Positions 20,087 to 29,644 of a DNA stretch of 64,000 nucleotides are shown here, in pieces. The DNA comes from an uncultured Methanomicrobiaceae archaeon (GTDB lineage Archaea; Halobacteriota; Methanomicrobia; Methanomicrobiales; Methanoculleaceae). The DNA is taken from positions 992,001-1,056,000 of the forward strand of contig CAWGXH010000004.1 of NCBI GenBank assembly GCA_963826525.1, given 5' to 3'. The notes under the pieces were generated by a model, which ran no database searches, was not told the DNA's origin, and was given only the letters and a program-made list of their open reading frames with translations. The translations under genes and the position numbers were made by a program. The number at the start of each line of letters is the position of its first letter. Within the stretch, counting starts at the first letter, position 1.

Positions 20087-20738
20087 GTTCCGTCACCGGG
20101 AGTCCGATATGCGATGCGTATTATAAGAGAATTTCTATAAAATGCCTGCAATCCCGAGAAGATGGTAAATCGTAAAGCGAGCGCAACCCGCATCTCCGGA
20201 AGATGTGCCCATATAGATGCCCGTCTGTCCGGACATTAAGAATAGAGCCGGGGAATTGATTACGACATGGAAAGAGTCGCGGACATTTGCACGAAACGTA
20301 ACATGACGGAGTAAGGACGCCGCGGAGAAAGAAAGCCAGACAGACGGGGAGGGGGCGCGGCGGCCGAAACAGCCGCCCCGGGACGGGACAGGAGGCCGGC
20401 CACAGGCGGAAAACAAAACAAGAAGAAGATGTGATGACAGCCAAGGAAAAACCAGAAACAGTGAAAGCGGATCGTGAGTGCATAGGAGTGGCGAGCCGTG
20501 GCGGGCATAGATGACCCGGCTTCCCCGGCGGGGGGCCCCCGACCTGTAAACCCAAAACGAGCGAGAGTGGAGACCACGATCCTGGACGATCTCAGGAGAC
20601 TTCCAATATCGTAACCGGCAACTAGATCTCGCTGGTCTTGAAATGAGGCAGCAGAGGAGGTGGCCTCTGTCGCGCCGTGCACGGAAATCATAGGAGTTGC
20701 TATAAGAATGCGAATGCGGTTGAAAAATAAGTAAAAAA

Positions 20739-20810
20739 AGCCGCTGGAGGGATTTGAACCCTCGACCTGCTGATTACGAATCAGCCGCTATACCTCTAAG
20801 CCACAGCGGC
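20739..20810 (-). tRNA. tRNA-Thr(CGT)
   Basis: GCCGCTG/CAGCGGC acceptor stem; anticodon arm GCTGA-TTCGTAA-TCAGC; GGTTCAAATCC T-loop; T-run downstream. Confidence 0.95.
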
Positions 20811-20869
20811 ACTGCCTCAATTAGTTGTATCTCCCTAATGAAAAAGGTATCAGTTCGGGATCGCATCCT

Positions 20870-21166
20870 TCAGGAGTAGCCCCGTATCGTTACGTTTCCT
20901 TCGGCCGCCGGAGCGCTCTCTCCCTGGGTGATCTGCCCGTGCTTCTGCTCGTAATCCTGCATGCTCTTGGCGAGCACCTGCAGCAGGTTCTTGGCATGGC
21001 GGGGGCTGATGGAGACGATTGCCTTTGCCCGCGCCTGGTTCGTGCCCGGGATCTCGTGCAGGAACATGAAGGTAAACTCATCCTCCTTGTAGGCGATCTG
21101 GATCCGGTTCGAGTAGACGGGATCGAGGTCGCCCGGGATATTCACCGATATCTCACGCTGTGCCAT
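20870..21166 (-). CDS. DUF3467-type small protein
   Basis: PVYSNRIQIAYKEDEFTFMF..IVSISPRHAKNLLQVL..YEQKHGQI. Confidence 0.8.
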   Translation of the reverse strand: MAQREISVNIPGDLDPVYSNRIQIAYKEDEFTFMFLHEIPGTNQARAKAIVSISPRHAKNLLQVLAKSMQDYEQKHGQITQGESAPAAEGNVTIRGYS

Positions 21167-21193
21167 ACTCCTTACTCTGGCGCCGCTCCGGCA

Positions 21194-21430
21194 TTAAGCT
21201 GTTGCGTCCGCGTACGGCCGGGCTCCGGCGGCATCCGTTTCGGTCGGGGAGGAGGCTGCGAGGCTGCTGTCGACCAGAGCCGCCTCCGGGTACATAGGCA
21301 GGTCACCGAGAATCGGGGCCGGGATGATGGCCGTCGCTGGGCCGGGAACGCTCGATCCGGAGAGGCATCCGCTGGAGAAGACGGCGAGTGCGAGCAGGAC
21401 GAGCACGGCAATCAGGCTACGGATACGAAT
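21194..21430 (-). CDS. Small putative lipoprotein (start codon reads ATT)
   Basis: GGAGGTGA RBS, then (M)RIRSLIAVLVLLALAVFSSGC lipobox and a low-complexity tail. Confidence 0.5.
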   Translation of the reverse strand: MRIRSLIAVLVLLALAVFSSGCLSGSSVPGPATAIIPAPILGDLPMYPEAALVDSSLAASSPTETDAAGARPYADATA

Positions 21431-21505
21431 ATGCCTTCACCTCCACTCACCTCATTTTTTATAGGGATACGATGTAAGTCTTTTGAAACGAACTTCCGGT
21501 GCCGA

Positions 21506-22174
21506 ATGGTCGAGAGTATACCCGTATCAGCCGTCGTCGCCTGCCATGCCTGCCCGAGGCGGTACTACTTCGAGCGGTCGATGAAACGCGATGAGTCGTC
21601 CCGCTACACCGTCGCCAAGCAGATCGCCTCGCATCTCGGCACCCCGCTCGATCCCGATCGGATCTGGCAGGAGGTGGTCACCGTCTTCCCCGGCGCCGAT
21701 GCGGAGGTGCGGGCGTTCTTCGACGACTGCGTCGCCGCCTGCCGCCACTCGCGGTGGAAGACCGCGGTCGAGAGCGACGTGACCGTCGCCTCCGAGAAAC
21801 TCGGTATCCACGGGAGGGTGGACAAGATCTTCGACGGCGGTACAGCCTTTGCCGTCGTCCGCTCAAGCCCTGCACCGCGTGCGGGGGCCTATGCTTCTGA
21901 CCGCCTCCGGATAGCCTGCTACGCCGTCTGTCTCGCCGAGACACTCGGCCGGGAGATCTCCGGCGGCTATGTCGAGTACATCCCGAGCGGTGTCTCTCGC
22001 TCCGTCGAGCCGGAGCCCCGCGACCGCCGCGAAATGCTCCGGGCGCTCCGGGCGGCGCAGCAGGTGGCGGCAGGCGACCTTCCCCCGCGGCCGTTCAGGG
22101 CGCCGTGCGAGGGGTGCCTCTACGCCGAGCGATGCCTGGCCTGCAGCGGAAGGCGGCTCTCCGACCTCTTCTGA
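21506..22174 (+). CDS. Solo Cas4/Dna2-like PD-(D/E)XK Fe-S protein
   Basis: N-terminal CPRRYY; GRVD motif II; C-terminal CEGCLYAERC; no cas1/cas2 or array nearby. Confidence 0.8.
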   Translation: MVESIPVSAVVACHACPRRYYFERSMKRDESSRYTVAKQIASHLGTPLDPDRIWQEVVTVFPGADAEVRAFFDDCVAACRHSRWKTAVESDVTVASEKLGIHGRVDKIFDGGTAFAVVRSSPAPRAGAYASDRLRIACYAVCLAETLGREISGGYVEYIPSGVSRSVEPEPRDRREMLRALRAAQQVAAGDLPPRPFRAPCEGCLYAERCLACSGRRLSDLF

Positions 22175-22551
22175 AGGGCTCCTCCCGCCACCGGTGGCAG
22201 ACCCGATGGCGGGAGATGGATCTCGCCCGCCCCCCACGGGACCCGGTTCATGGCGGGTGCCGCCAGCGCCAGGATGGCCCCGGCGCTCCCGATATACCGG
22301 CAACGCTGCCGTGCCGATCTGATGGCGAGGAAGTATTCTCCCTCGTGGTGAGGGGAGCGACCCCACGCAATGGTGATCTCTCCCGTAAGTTCGTCTCCGT
22401 CCATCGTGACCACATCTCCGTTCGGTCTGGTGGAGAAGAGGCGCTACCCGCCGCTCCTCGGGGAGTGTGGGGCACGGGCCGGCAAATAGTTGTTCGCCTT
22501 ACTATATTGTGATATATTGGAAATCTATAATTTATTGTGTTGCGGGATGCC

Positions 22552-23476
22552 TCACGCCTCCATCAGCGTCTTTGACACGATGTACTCGCCCTTCGCCTCG
22601 CGGGTCGTCCCGACGACGAGCCAGTCCTCGTCTCCATGCCGCTCGCGGACCCCTTGCACCTCGATCGTCTCTCCCGCGAGCGCCTGCCCCGAGTAGGTGT
22701 GGGTGAAGGAGAGCACCCGGGAGATCTCCTCGTGCTCGATATCGTAGACCGCCGGGCTGTCGAAGGCGAGCGACGCATCGGTCACCGTCGCCTCGATCCG
22801 CATCCTCCCGAGCACCTCGCCGCGACCAACCGCCACGGCATCCAAGTTGTCGTACCGAGCGGGTGTAGAGGAGGTCGAAGTAGGTGCCGTCGATCTCGCC
22901 CCGGTTCCACTTCCGCTCCTCGTGGAGGACGAAGGTCTCGAACGATATTTCGGGCACCCTCTTGTCGTAGACCCGGTGCCACATCTCCTCGCTCATTCCG
23001 GCGAGCCTACCGTTCCCGACCAGCCGGGAAAGTTGCTGCTGCGCCGAGAACCATGCCTCGCCATAGACGACCATATCGATATCGGAGCCGGCGTTCTCAA
23101 GCCCGCAGAGGAGCGAGCCCGTACAGCCGTAGGCGCCGGCGGGAAGGTCGAAGAGATCGACGAGCTTTCGCACCCGTGCATCACGCGCAGCGATAGCCGC
23201 CATCACTTCCTCGGGCTTGTAGACCCGGGTGATATCGGCGTGCGGCACCCGGTGCACCCTGTCGAGGTAACCGGGTTTGTGCTCGGCGATCCAGGCGAAA
23301 GCCTCCTCGAAATCGTACTTCGTATAGCACCGGCCCGCAGGATCGCACCGCTCTCCCGCCGGGTCGGGGACGTAACGGAGAACGCATCCGACCCGCTCGC
23401 TATTATCGTAGTTCGAGACTGCGTAGAGGCAGCCGTCCTTATCCTCAATGAAATCACGGAGTCGTATGGGCATCAT
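22552..23476 (-). CDS. Predicted nucleotidyltransferase (COG1665-like) with OB-fold C-terminus (frameshift near 22855)
   Basis: GCTGSLLCGLENAGSDIDMVVYG Pol-beta motif; VVGTTREAKGEYI. Confidence 0.8.
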
Positions 23477-24048
23477 ACCAGACCCCGCAGGAAGGCTTCG
23501 ACCTCTTCCCACTCTTTCCCTCTCCGGAGGATCGTACGGGTCGTCAGGTCGACCACGGTGCTCGGTGTTCCGGGGAGTTCTCCCCCGTCTACCAGGAGGT
23601 CGAAGGCGACGTCGATCTCCTCGGGCCGGGTCGCCGGCGCATCCCCGGCGAGGTTCGCGCTCGTCGCCGTGATGGGGGCATCAAGCAACTCAATGATCCT
23701 GACCGCCGTCTCGTGGGCAGGCATCCGGATTCCGATGAGCCCCGTCCCCCCGGTCAATACCTCCGGGAGGCAGGACTTTGCAGGGAGGATGACGGTCACG
23801 GGGCCGGGGAGGAACCGGTTTATGAACGCCTCGGCACGGTCGTCGACGACCGCGACCGCCCGGAGCATATCCATATCCGAGACCGCGATCGAGATCGGTT
23901 TTCCGAGCAGCCGGCCCTTTGCCTCGTAGACCTTCATCACGGCATCCTCCGAGAGGGCGTCCGCGCCTAGGCCGTAGACCGTTTCCGTGGGGTAGACGAT
24001 TATGCCGTCCCTCTGCAGCACTTTGACTGCGTGCTCTATGGTACTCAT
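23473..24048 (-). CDS. tsaC: L-threonylcarbamoyladenylate synthase (TsaC/YrdC, short form)
   Basis: YPTETVYGLG; KGR...KP; PGPVT; IGIRMP; ATSAN; STVVD. Confidence 0.93.
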   Translation of the reverse strand: MSTIEHAVKVLQRDGIIVYPTETVYGLGADALSEDAVMKVYEAKGRLLGKPISIAVSDMDMLRAVAVVDDRAEAFINRFLPGPVTVILPAKSCLPEVLTGGTGLIGIRMPAHETAVRIIELLDAPITATSANLAGDAPATRPEEIDVAFDLLVDGGELPGTPSTVVDLTTRTILRRGKEWEEVEAFLRGLV

Positions 24049-24719
24049 CAGAATTCACGACCGCGTACGCGATTTATATCAAATACGGCCTTGCCGGAGA
24101 CGTGCATGACCGCAAAGACGCCTGCCTGGATGGGATCGGTCACCACAAGATCGGCATGCTCCGGAACGCTCCCGGCCATCTTCAGGGCTATCACCGGAAT
24201 ACCTGTTGCCCGCACCCGGTCGACGGCCCTCGAAACCTCGCCGCCCATCAGGGATCCGGCCAGCACCAGGATCGATGCCCGGGGGAGGCGTGCCACCGCG
24301 TCGACCGCGAGCGCCAGATCCTTCTCTCCGACGAGCGGGATGGTGTCCACCGAGATCCGTTCGCCCCGGATGTTGTGCCGGTCCGCCTCGTTCACCGCAC
24401 CCATCGCCACCTGAGCGACCTGGGCGCCGCCGCCGATGATGATCACCCGTGAGCCGAAGATCCGCGAGAACGGGGGATAGATGGTGACATCGAGAACGGA
24501 CGGAATCTCGAGCATCTCGGCGATAAGAACCCCGTGGTCGCCGCACTCCTCGAACTCAAAGTAGACGTATGCGTCTCCTATGTGCGGGCCGGTGCAGATG
24601 ATCGACTGCTGGATCATCTGGATGTTCGCCTCGTGTTTCGCCATCACTGTGGCGACGTCACGCAGGACGCCTGCCCGGTTCTCGGTGATGAGACTGAGTG
24701 CGTAGAGGTCGGGGGTCAT
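24048..24719 (-). CDS. ACT-domain regulatory protein (DUF5612-like, methanogen-conserved)
   Basis: ENRAGVLRDVA ACT motif; GGGAQVAQVAMGAVNEADRHNIRGERISVDT. Confidence 0.8.
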   Translation of the reverse strand: MTPDLYALSLITENRAGVLRDVATVMAKHEANIQMIQQSIICTGPHIGDAYVYFEFEECGDHGVLIAEMLEIPSVLDVTIYPPFSRIFGSRVIIIGGGAQVAQVAMGAVNEADRHNIRGERISVDTIPLVGEKDLALAVDAVARLPRASILVLAGSLMGGEVSRAVDRVRATGIPVIALKMAGSVPEHADLVVTDPIQAGVFAVMHVSGKAVFDINRVRGREF

Positions 24720-25106
24720 ACGGCATCGGAGCGCTGCATAATGCTCTCTGGCAGGGCGATTATCGTCATTTTCGGAACTGGTTCTATGTTTGATCCCCGA
24801 TTCGATATAAGTTTTGGGCGGTAAAACGGATCTTCGTCGTGCGTCTGGAGGATGCCGGATGGGAGCCTGTGGTGACGGCAAACTAGCGCCCGCCGATCAA
24901 CCGGGAGGAGAATCTCCGCCCCGCTCGTCGCCCCTGGCGGGTAACGGACGTGCGCGTATCGATACTGCCGCGATGAAGGACTTTCAGATCGATCTCGGGC
25001 AGAGATGCCCGGTATGAGATGGAAAAGCGGTCTTTGAAATTACCGATATGCCGTTCTTCAGACAGGAGCCTCCGTAACAAAAGAGATGCGTGACCAAAAC
25101 GTCCGA

Positions 25107-25177
25107 TGCGATAGCCGGGAATCGAACCCGGGCTAAGGGCTTGGGAAGCCCCTGTCCTACCGCTAGACTACTATCGC
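25107..25177 (-). tRNA. tRNA-Gly(CCC)
   Basis: GCGATAG/CTATCGC acceptor stem; anticodon arm GGGGC-TTCCCAA-GCCCT; GGTTCGATTCC T-loop. Confidence 0.95.
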
Positions 25178-25191
25178 GTATCTGTGCCGAA

Positions 25192-27513
25192 CTATGTTGG
25201 CATGGGAGAAGATAAATTTTCGTCTCGCGCCCGGTCAGGGGTGTACTTCCGGAGCGTGAAGGTGACGGCGGCGCCCGCTTCGGGATGACCGTCCACCCGA
25301 TCGTGCGCGTAGATTCGGCCGCCATAACGCTCGACGAGCATCCGGGTGATGTACAGGCCGAGCCCCTTCCCGCTCTTCTTCGTGGTGCCGCGCTGGTAGC
25401 GCTGGAAGACTCTGGGTTTGAGGTCGTCCGGGATGCCGGGGCCGGTATCCTCAACGGTGATCCCGACCTCGCTCTCCCACTCCTCGACGCGGATCGTGAT
25501 CCCGACCTCAGGGCCGCCGAACTTGAGTGAGTTTCCGATAAGGTTCGTAAAGATCTCATCGATGAGATCGTCCGCAAGTACCGTCACGTCCGACCCGTCG
25601 TAGGAGATCCCGGCATCGGAGAAGTAGTTCAGGATATTCCTGACAGCCGAATCGAGCTTGGTGGGGGTGAGGATCGTCTCTTCGTGCCGGAGCTTGCGCA
25701 GCGTGGTGACGTTTCGGATAATCTCGCTGCTCTGCTGGACGGCGGTAAGCGCTTTCTGCGCAAACGTCTTCGTTCCATCTTCCGCAAGCTCGATGAGCAT
25801 CTGGGTATAGCCGGTGGCCACGGTATTGGCGTTGTTGACATCGTGGGAGAGGATGTCGATATAGAGATTTGCCTCATCGTTCGCAGTGTTCGCCTCCTCG
25901 AGATAGCGGTTCGCACGCGCGAGCGCCGCCTCGAGTTCCTCCTGCAGCATTCCTCTGGTGACGGCAGTCCCGATCTCCCGCCCGATCGCCTCAAGGACAG
26001 CCCGCTCTTCCTGCGTGATGATCGCCCTCTCCGTATCGGCGACGGCGAAGCAGCCCACAACGTGTCCGTCGTCGAGAATGGGAACGGCGCCAAACGAGCG
26101 TATGGGGTAGTGCCGGTGTTCGGGGCAACGCTCCTGGAAGGAGTCGATATAGCAGGGCACACCGGCGACGAGCAGATCGGAGAAGAGTGGCGCGTCGGTT
26201 CGCACGACTGCGGGCGGCTCCATGGCCGGGTCGGTGATACCCTGCCGCGAGCGGAGATTTGCTGTGCCGTCCGCAGGGTTCACGATGTATATGGCACCGG
26301 CGTCGAAGTCCAGGAGGCTGAGCGTCCTGCCGAGTGCTGCCTGCAGCATCTCATCAAGACCCCGGGAGGCGCTCGCCGTTCCGATGATCCCGTTGATGAT
26401 GGAGAGCTGCCGGTTCCGCTCCCGGATCTCCTCCTCTTTCCGGCGCTGTTCGGTGATATCGCGTATGGCCAGTACAAGGCTGGCCGGCCGCCCTGCGCCG
26501 TCCCGAAGGACGTTCGTCGTCACCTCGGCGCAGAACTTACTCCCATCTCTCCGGCGGAGCGCACACTCAAGCGAAGGGATAGATCCCTCCCGGAGGATCT
26601 GCTCCCTGCTCCAGAGGGCTCTCGCACGCTCTTTCTCGGTAACGAGCACTGTCGGGCTCTTCCCGACGAGAGCCTCTCTCCCGGTGCACCCATACATCCG
26701 GAGAGCGGCCTCGTTTGCATCGACAATCCGGTCTGCAAGGTCGGTAACGACGATCCCGGCATCGACCGACTCGACTATCGCCCTGACCTTCTCCTCCGAG
26801 CTCTGGAGCCGATCCATCATCAATTTCCGCGCGGTCACGTCCGTGATGACCGTGCAGACGACGCGCTGATCGGGGAGAAGGTTTGCCGAGAGGAGCACCG
26901 TCCGGTGCTCGTCCTGCGGCAGGGTGACGCCGAGCTCAAGCGTTGCCACGCGCTCTCCGCTCGCGATCCGTTCGAGCGGCACGCCTTCGAAGTCCGACCA
27001 GATCTCCGTTATCCGGCGGTTCCGGGCGTCGCCCGGGTTCACACCGAGGATCTCACCGCACCGTTGATTCATCTCTTCGACACGACGGGTATCCGGATCA
27101 AAGAGGAATATCCCTGCCTCTGAATTGTCGAAGATACCGCGATACCGGCTCTCCTGCTTCTGTTTGCTCCCTGAGAGGTAGGCGACCACACCGGCGATGC
27201 CGATGAAGAACAGCGATCGGATGACTGCATTGAGAAGTTCGCCCGAAGCAGGGTCGAGCAGGAGAATGACCTCCGCAAGGTACGCCAGAGCGAGAAGCGC
27301 ACCGGCCGCAACCCCCCGGCGGGGATACCAGTAGGCGGTCGTGATGATCGGGATATAGAAGAGATGCGGACATACCACGGGGATATTCCGAACAAGACAG
27401 ACCGCCGTACCGGCACAGGCAGCGAACGCCGATACGGCGATGACGGCATTCCGGAAATGTCGGCGGAAGCAAGAGTCTGTTCCGGTTTTGCCGGGTGAGG
27501 CATCTCCGTTCAC
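25192..27513 (-). CDS. Membrane-anchored PAS/PAS/GAF histidine kinase
   Basis: N-terminal TMs; SHDVNN H-box; NLIGNSLKF; DTGPGI; GKGLGL. Confidence 0.92.
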   Translation of the reverse strand: MNGDASPGKTGTDSCFRRHFRNAVIAVSAFAACAGTAVCLVRNIPVVCPHLFYIPIITTAYWYPRRGVAAGALLALAYLAEVILLLDPASGELLNAVIRSLFFIGIAGVVAYLSGSKQKQESRYRGIFDNSEAGIFLFDPDTRRVEEMNQRCGEILGVNPGDARNRRITEIWSDFEGVPLERIASGERVATLELGVTLPQDEHRTVLLSANLLPDQRVVCTVITDVTARKLMMDRLQSSEEKVRAIVESVDAGIVVTDLADRIVDANEAALRMYGCTGREALVGKSPTVLVTEKERARALWSREQILREGSIPSLECALRRRDGSKFCAEVTTNVLRDGAGRPASLVLAIRDITEQRRKEEEIRERNRQLSIINGIIGTASASRGLDEMLQAALGRTLSLLDFDAGAIYIVNPADGTANLRSRQGITDPAMEPPAVVRTDAPLFSDLLVAGVPCYIDSFQERCPEHRHYPIRSFGAVPILDDGHVVGCFAVADTERAIITQEERAVLEAIGREIGTAVTRGMLQEELEAALARANRYLEEANTANDEANLYIDILSHDVNNANTVATGYTQMLIELAEDGTKTFAQKALTAVQQSSEIIRNVTTLRKLRHEETILTPTKLDSAVRNILNYFSDAGISYDGSDVTVLADDLIDEIFTNLIGNSLKFGGPEVGITIRVEEWESEVGITVEDTGPGIPDDLKPRVFQRYQRGTTKKSGKGLGLYITRMLVERYGGRIYAHDRVDGHPEAGAAVTFTLRKYTPDRARDENLSSPMPT

Positions 27514-27601
27514 TCATTGTATGTCGGCATCTGCTCATATAAATCTGCAGGCCTGCTCTGGTCGGGCGATATTCTTAATACCCCTCCCCGAGAATATAAT
27601 G

Positions 27602-27719
27602 CAGCACTGTAGAATACATGTGCTGGCTAGAGTAAGTCCGACGTGCCCGCAGAAGCACTGCCCACAGTGGCTCGGGATTACAGAGAATAGTCAGTTTACG
27701 GACTCTTTTCTGGACTTAC
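27602..27719 (+). ncRNA. Candidate uS15 ribosomal-protein leader RNA (S15-Methanomicrobia-like)
   Basis: GTAAGTCC (27632-27639) pairs with GGACTTAC (27712-27719) and encloses two hairpins (three-way junction); 5' hairpin CAGCAC..GTGCTG; lies just before the GGAGGTGA RBS. Confidence 0.6.
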
Positions 27720-27743
27720 ATAGTTCTTATCGGAGGTGAATGA

Positions 27744-28202
27744 ATGGCAAGAATGCATGCTCGGCGCCGTGGAACCTCGGGTTCGGTCAGTCCCTTCAGG
27801 ACAGAGGCCCCCGAATGGTCTAACACGGATGTACAGGAGATTGAAAAGATCGTCGTCGATCTCCGGAAGAACGGGATGTCGAGCGCAGAGATTGGCCTGA
27901 CGCTGCGGGACAAATACGGCGTCCCCGATGTCAAGCTCGCAACCGGAAAGCGCGTATCGGCAATTATCAGAGAGCAGGGCCTCGAGTCCGATATCCCGGA
28001 GGATCTCCGGAACCTGATGGTAAAAGCCCTCGGGATGAGGAAACACCTCTCCGAGAACAAGAAGGATCTGCACAACAAGCGGCAACTCCAGCTCACCGAG
28101 TCAAAGGTGCGCAGGCTCGTCCGCTACTACGTCGGCTCCGGCAGACTGCCGAAGGGCTGGGTCTACAAACCGGATACCGCTGAGATTCTGCTGTCCAGAT
28201 AA
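27744..28202 (+). CDS. rps15: 30S ribosomal protein S15 (uS15)
   Basis: MARMHARRRGTSGS..PEDLRNL..ESKVRRLVRYY. Confidence 0.97.
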   Translation: MARMHARRRGTSGSVSPFRTEAPEWSNTDVQEIEKIVVDLRKNGMSSAEIGLTLRDKYGVPDVKLATGKRVSAIIREQGLESDIPEDLRNLMVKALGMRKHLSENKKDLHNKRQLQLTESKVRRLVRYYVGSGRLPKGWVYKPDTAEILLSR

Positions 28203-28205
28203 TCC

Positions 28206-29423
28206 ATGTCCCTTGATGCCGCCGCTGCGGATCTCGCAGATCATCTGCTCGAGCAGGAGTTCGTGGAAGTCTTCGCGCACCACGATGTAGACGGCATAGC
28301 AGCCGCCGCCATCCTCTGTCACGCACTCTTCCGCGAAGGCAGGCAGTTCCGTCTCCGGATCCGGCCGCGGATCACCGCCGCTGATCTGCCGAAGGAAGAG
28401 AGCGTTCTGCTCTGTGACTTCGGCTCGTCGCTTGCGGATCTTCCGGACGGCGTGATGGTGGTGGATCATCATATGCCCTACTTCGAGGGCGAGCACCATG
28501 TCAACCCCCGCCTCGCAGGACTCGACGGCGACCGCGAACTCTCGGCAGCGGGAGCGGCATACCATGTGGCACAGCATATCGGGGATAACCGGGATCTGAT
28601 CGGTCTCGTTATGCTCGGGATCATCGGTGACGGCCAGGAGTTCTCGGGTACGAACCGCGACCTCGCGGACGACGGTATCGCCAACGGATACGTGGCACCC
28701 CGCCGCGGTCTGCGGCTTGCCGGGCGGAACCTGACCGAACAACTGGTGCTGGCCGCCAATCCCTACCTCGAGGGAATAAGCGGGGACGAGACGGCGGTAC
28801 GGGCGCTGGTCGCAGGATGCACCGGCGAAGAGGATCTCGACCTTGAGATGCTCCTCTCGCTCATCCTCCTGAAGATAAGCCCGAAGACACCTATCGACGC
28901 GATGTGCGGTCTCTACGGCAACACCTACGGCCTCGGGCGCGAGGTGCTCGACGAGGCGCATACCCTGACCGCGCTCATCGACGCCTGCGGCAAAGCCGGT
29001 GCGGGAGACCTGGCGGCGTCGCTATGCCTGCGGTCGACCGCAGCACTCCCTGAAGCGTGGGAGATCGCCGGACGCCATCGGCGCGCTGTCGTCGACGCTA
29101 TCCGGACGGTCCGGCCGCTCGAAGAACGAGTCCCCCTTTACGAAGTGGAGAACGGCGTGGTTATCAGCGACGTTGCCGATGCACTGGCATACTCGCGGAT
29201 GTACACCGCGCCGGTTTTCGTTGTCGGTCGGAAGGGTGGCTGGTGCTCGATATCGGCACGATGCCCGCCCGGCGTGGACCTCGATCTCGAGGCGCTGATG
29301 CGAAGGCTGGCGGAGGAGTGCGGTGGTCATGGTGGGGGCCATGCACGTCGCGCCGGAGCGGAGATTAGTCCTGACCACCTTGACCGGTTCCGTGCAGGGC
29401 TTCTGGAGGCGGTCGCCGTATGA
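28206..29423 (+). CDS. DHH/RecJ-like phosphoesterase
   Basis: HHDVDG, CDFG, VDHH, IIGD and GGGHARRAG motifs; conserved position after rps15. Confidence 0.88.
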   Translation: MSLDAAAADLADHLLEQEFVEVFAHHDVDGIAAAAILCHALFREGRQFRLRIRPRITAADLPKEESVLLCDFGSSLADLPDGVMVVDHHMPYFEGEHHVNPRLAGLDGDRELSAAGAAYHVAQHIGDNRDLIGLVMLGIIGDGQEFSGTNRDLADDGIANGYVAPRRGLRLAGRNLTEQLVLAANPYLEGISGDETAVRALVAGCTGEEDLDLEMLLSLILLKISPKTPIDAMCGLYGNTYGLGREVLDEAHTLTALIDACGKAGAGDLAASLCLRSTAALPEAWEIAGRHRRAVVDAIRTVRPLEERVPLYEVENGVVISDVADALAYSRMYTAPVFVVGRKGGWCSISARCPPGVDLDLEALMRRLAEECGGHGGGHARRAGAEISPDHLDRFRAGLLEAVAV

Positions 29424-29644
29424 TCCGGATCGAGGGGACGATCGTCACGGCGCATGCGGACGCTGCGTGCGTGGCGGCGGCACTCCGGCCGGATAACCTC
29501 TCCCTCATGCGGACGGGTGCGGACGGGGGAGCGGTGCGAACCGATATTTCGGGAGCGCGGCTTCGATCCGTCATCGCATCGGTGGACGATTATCTTATGA
29601 ATCTGGCAATAGCGGAGGATGTATGTTCATACGTTTCGCGTTAA
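29420..29644 (+). CDS. pcc1: KEOPS complex subunit Pcc1
   Basis: ALRPDN..LRSVIASVDDYLMNLAIAE; conserved gene order. Confidence 0.85.
   Translation: MIRIEGTIVTAHADAACVAAALRPDNLSLMRTGADGGAVRTDISGARLRSVIASVDDYLMNLAIAEDVCSYVSR

Noticed and set aside
21506-22174. CRISPR-Cas locus
   Set aside because: No repeat-spacer array and no cas1/cas2 or effector genes in the window.
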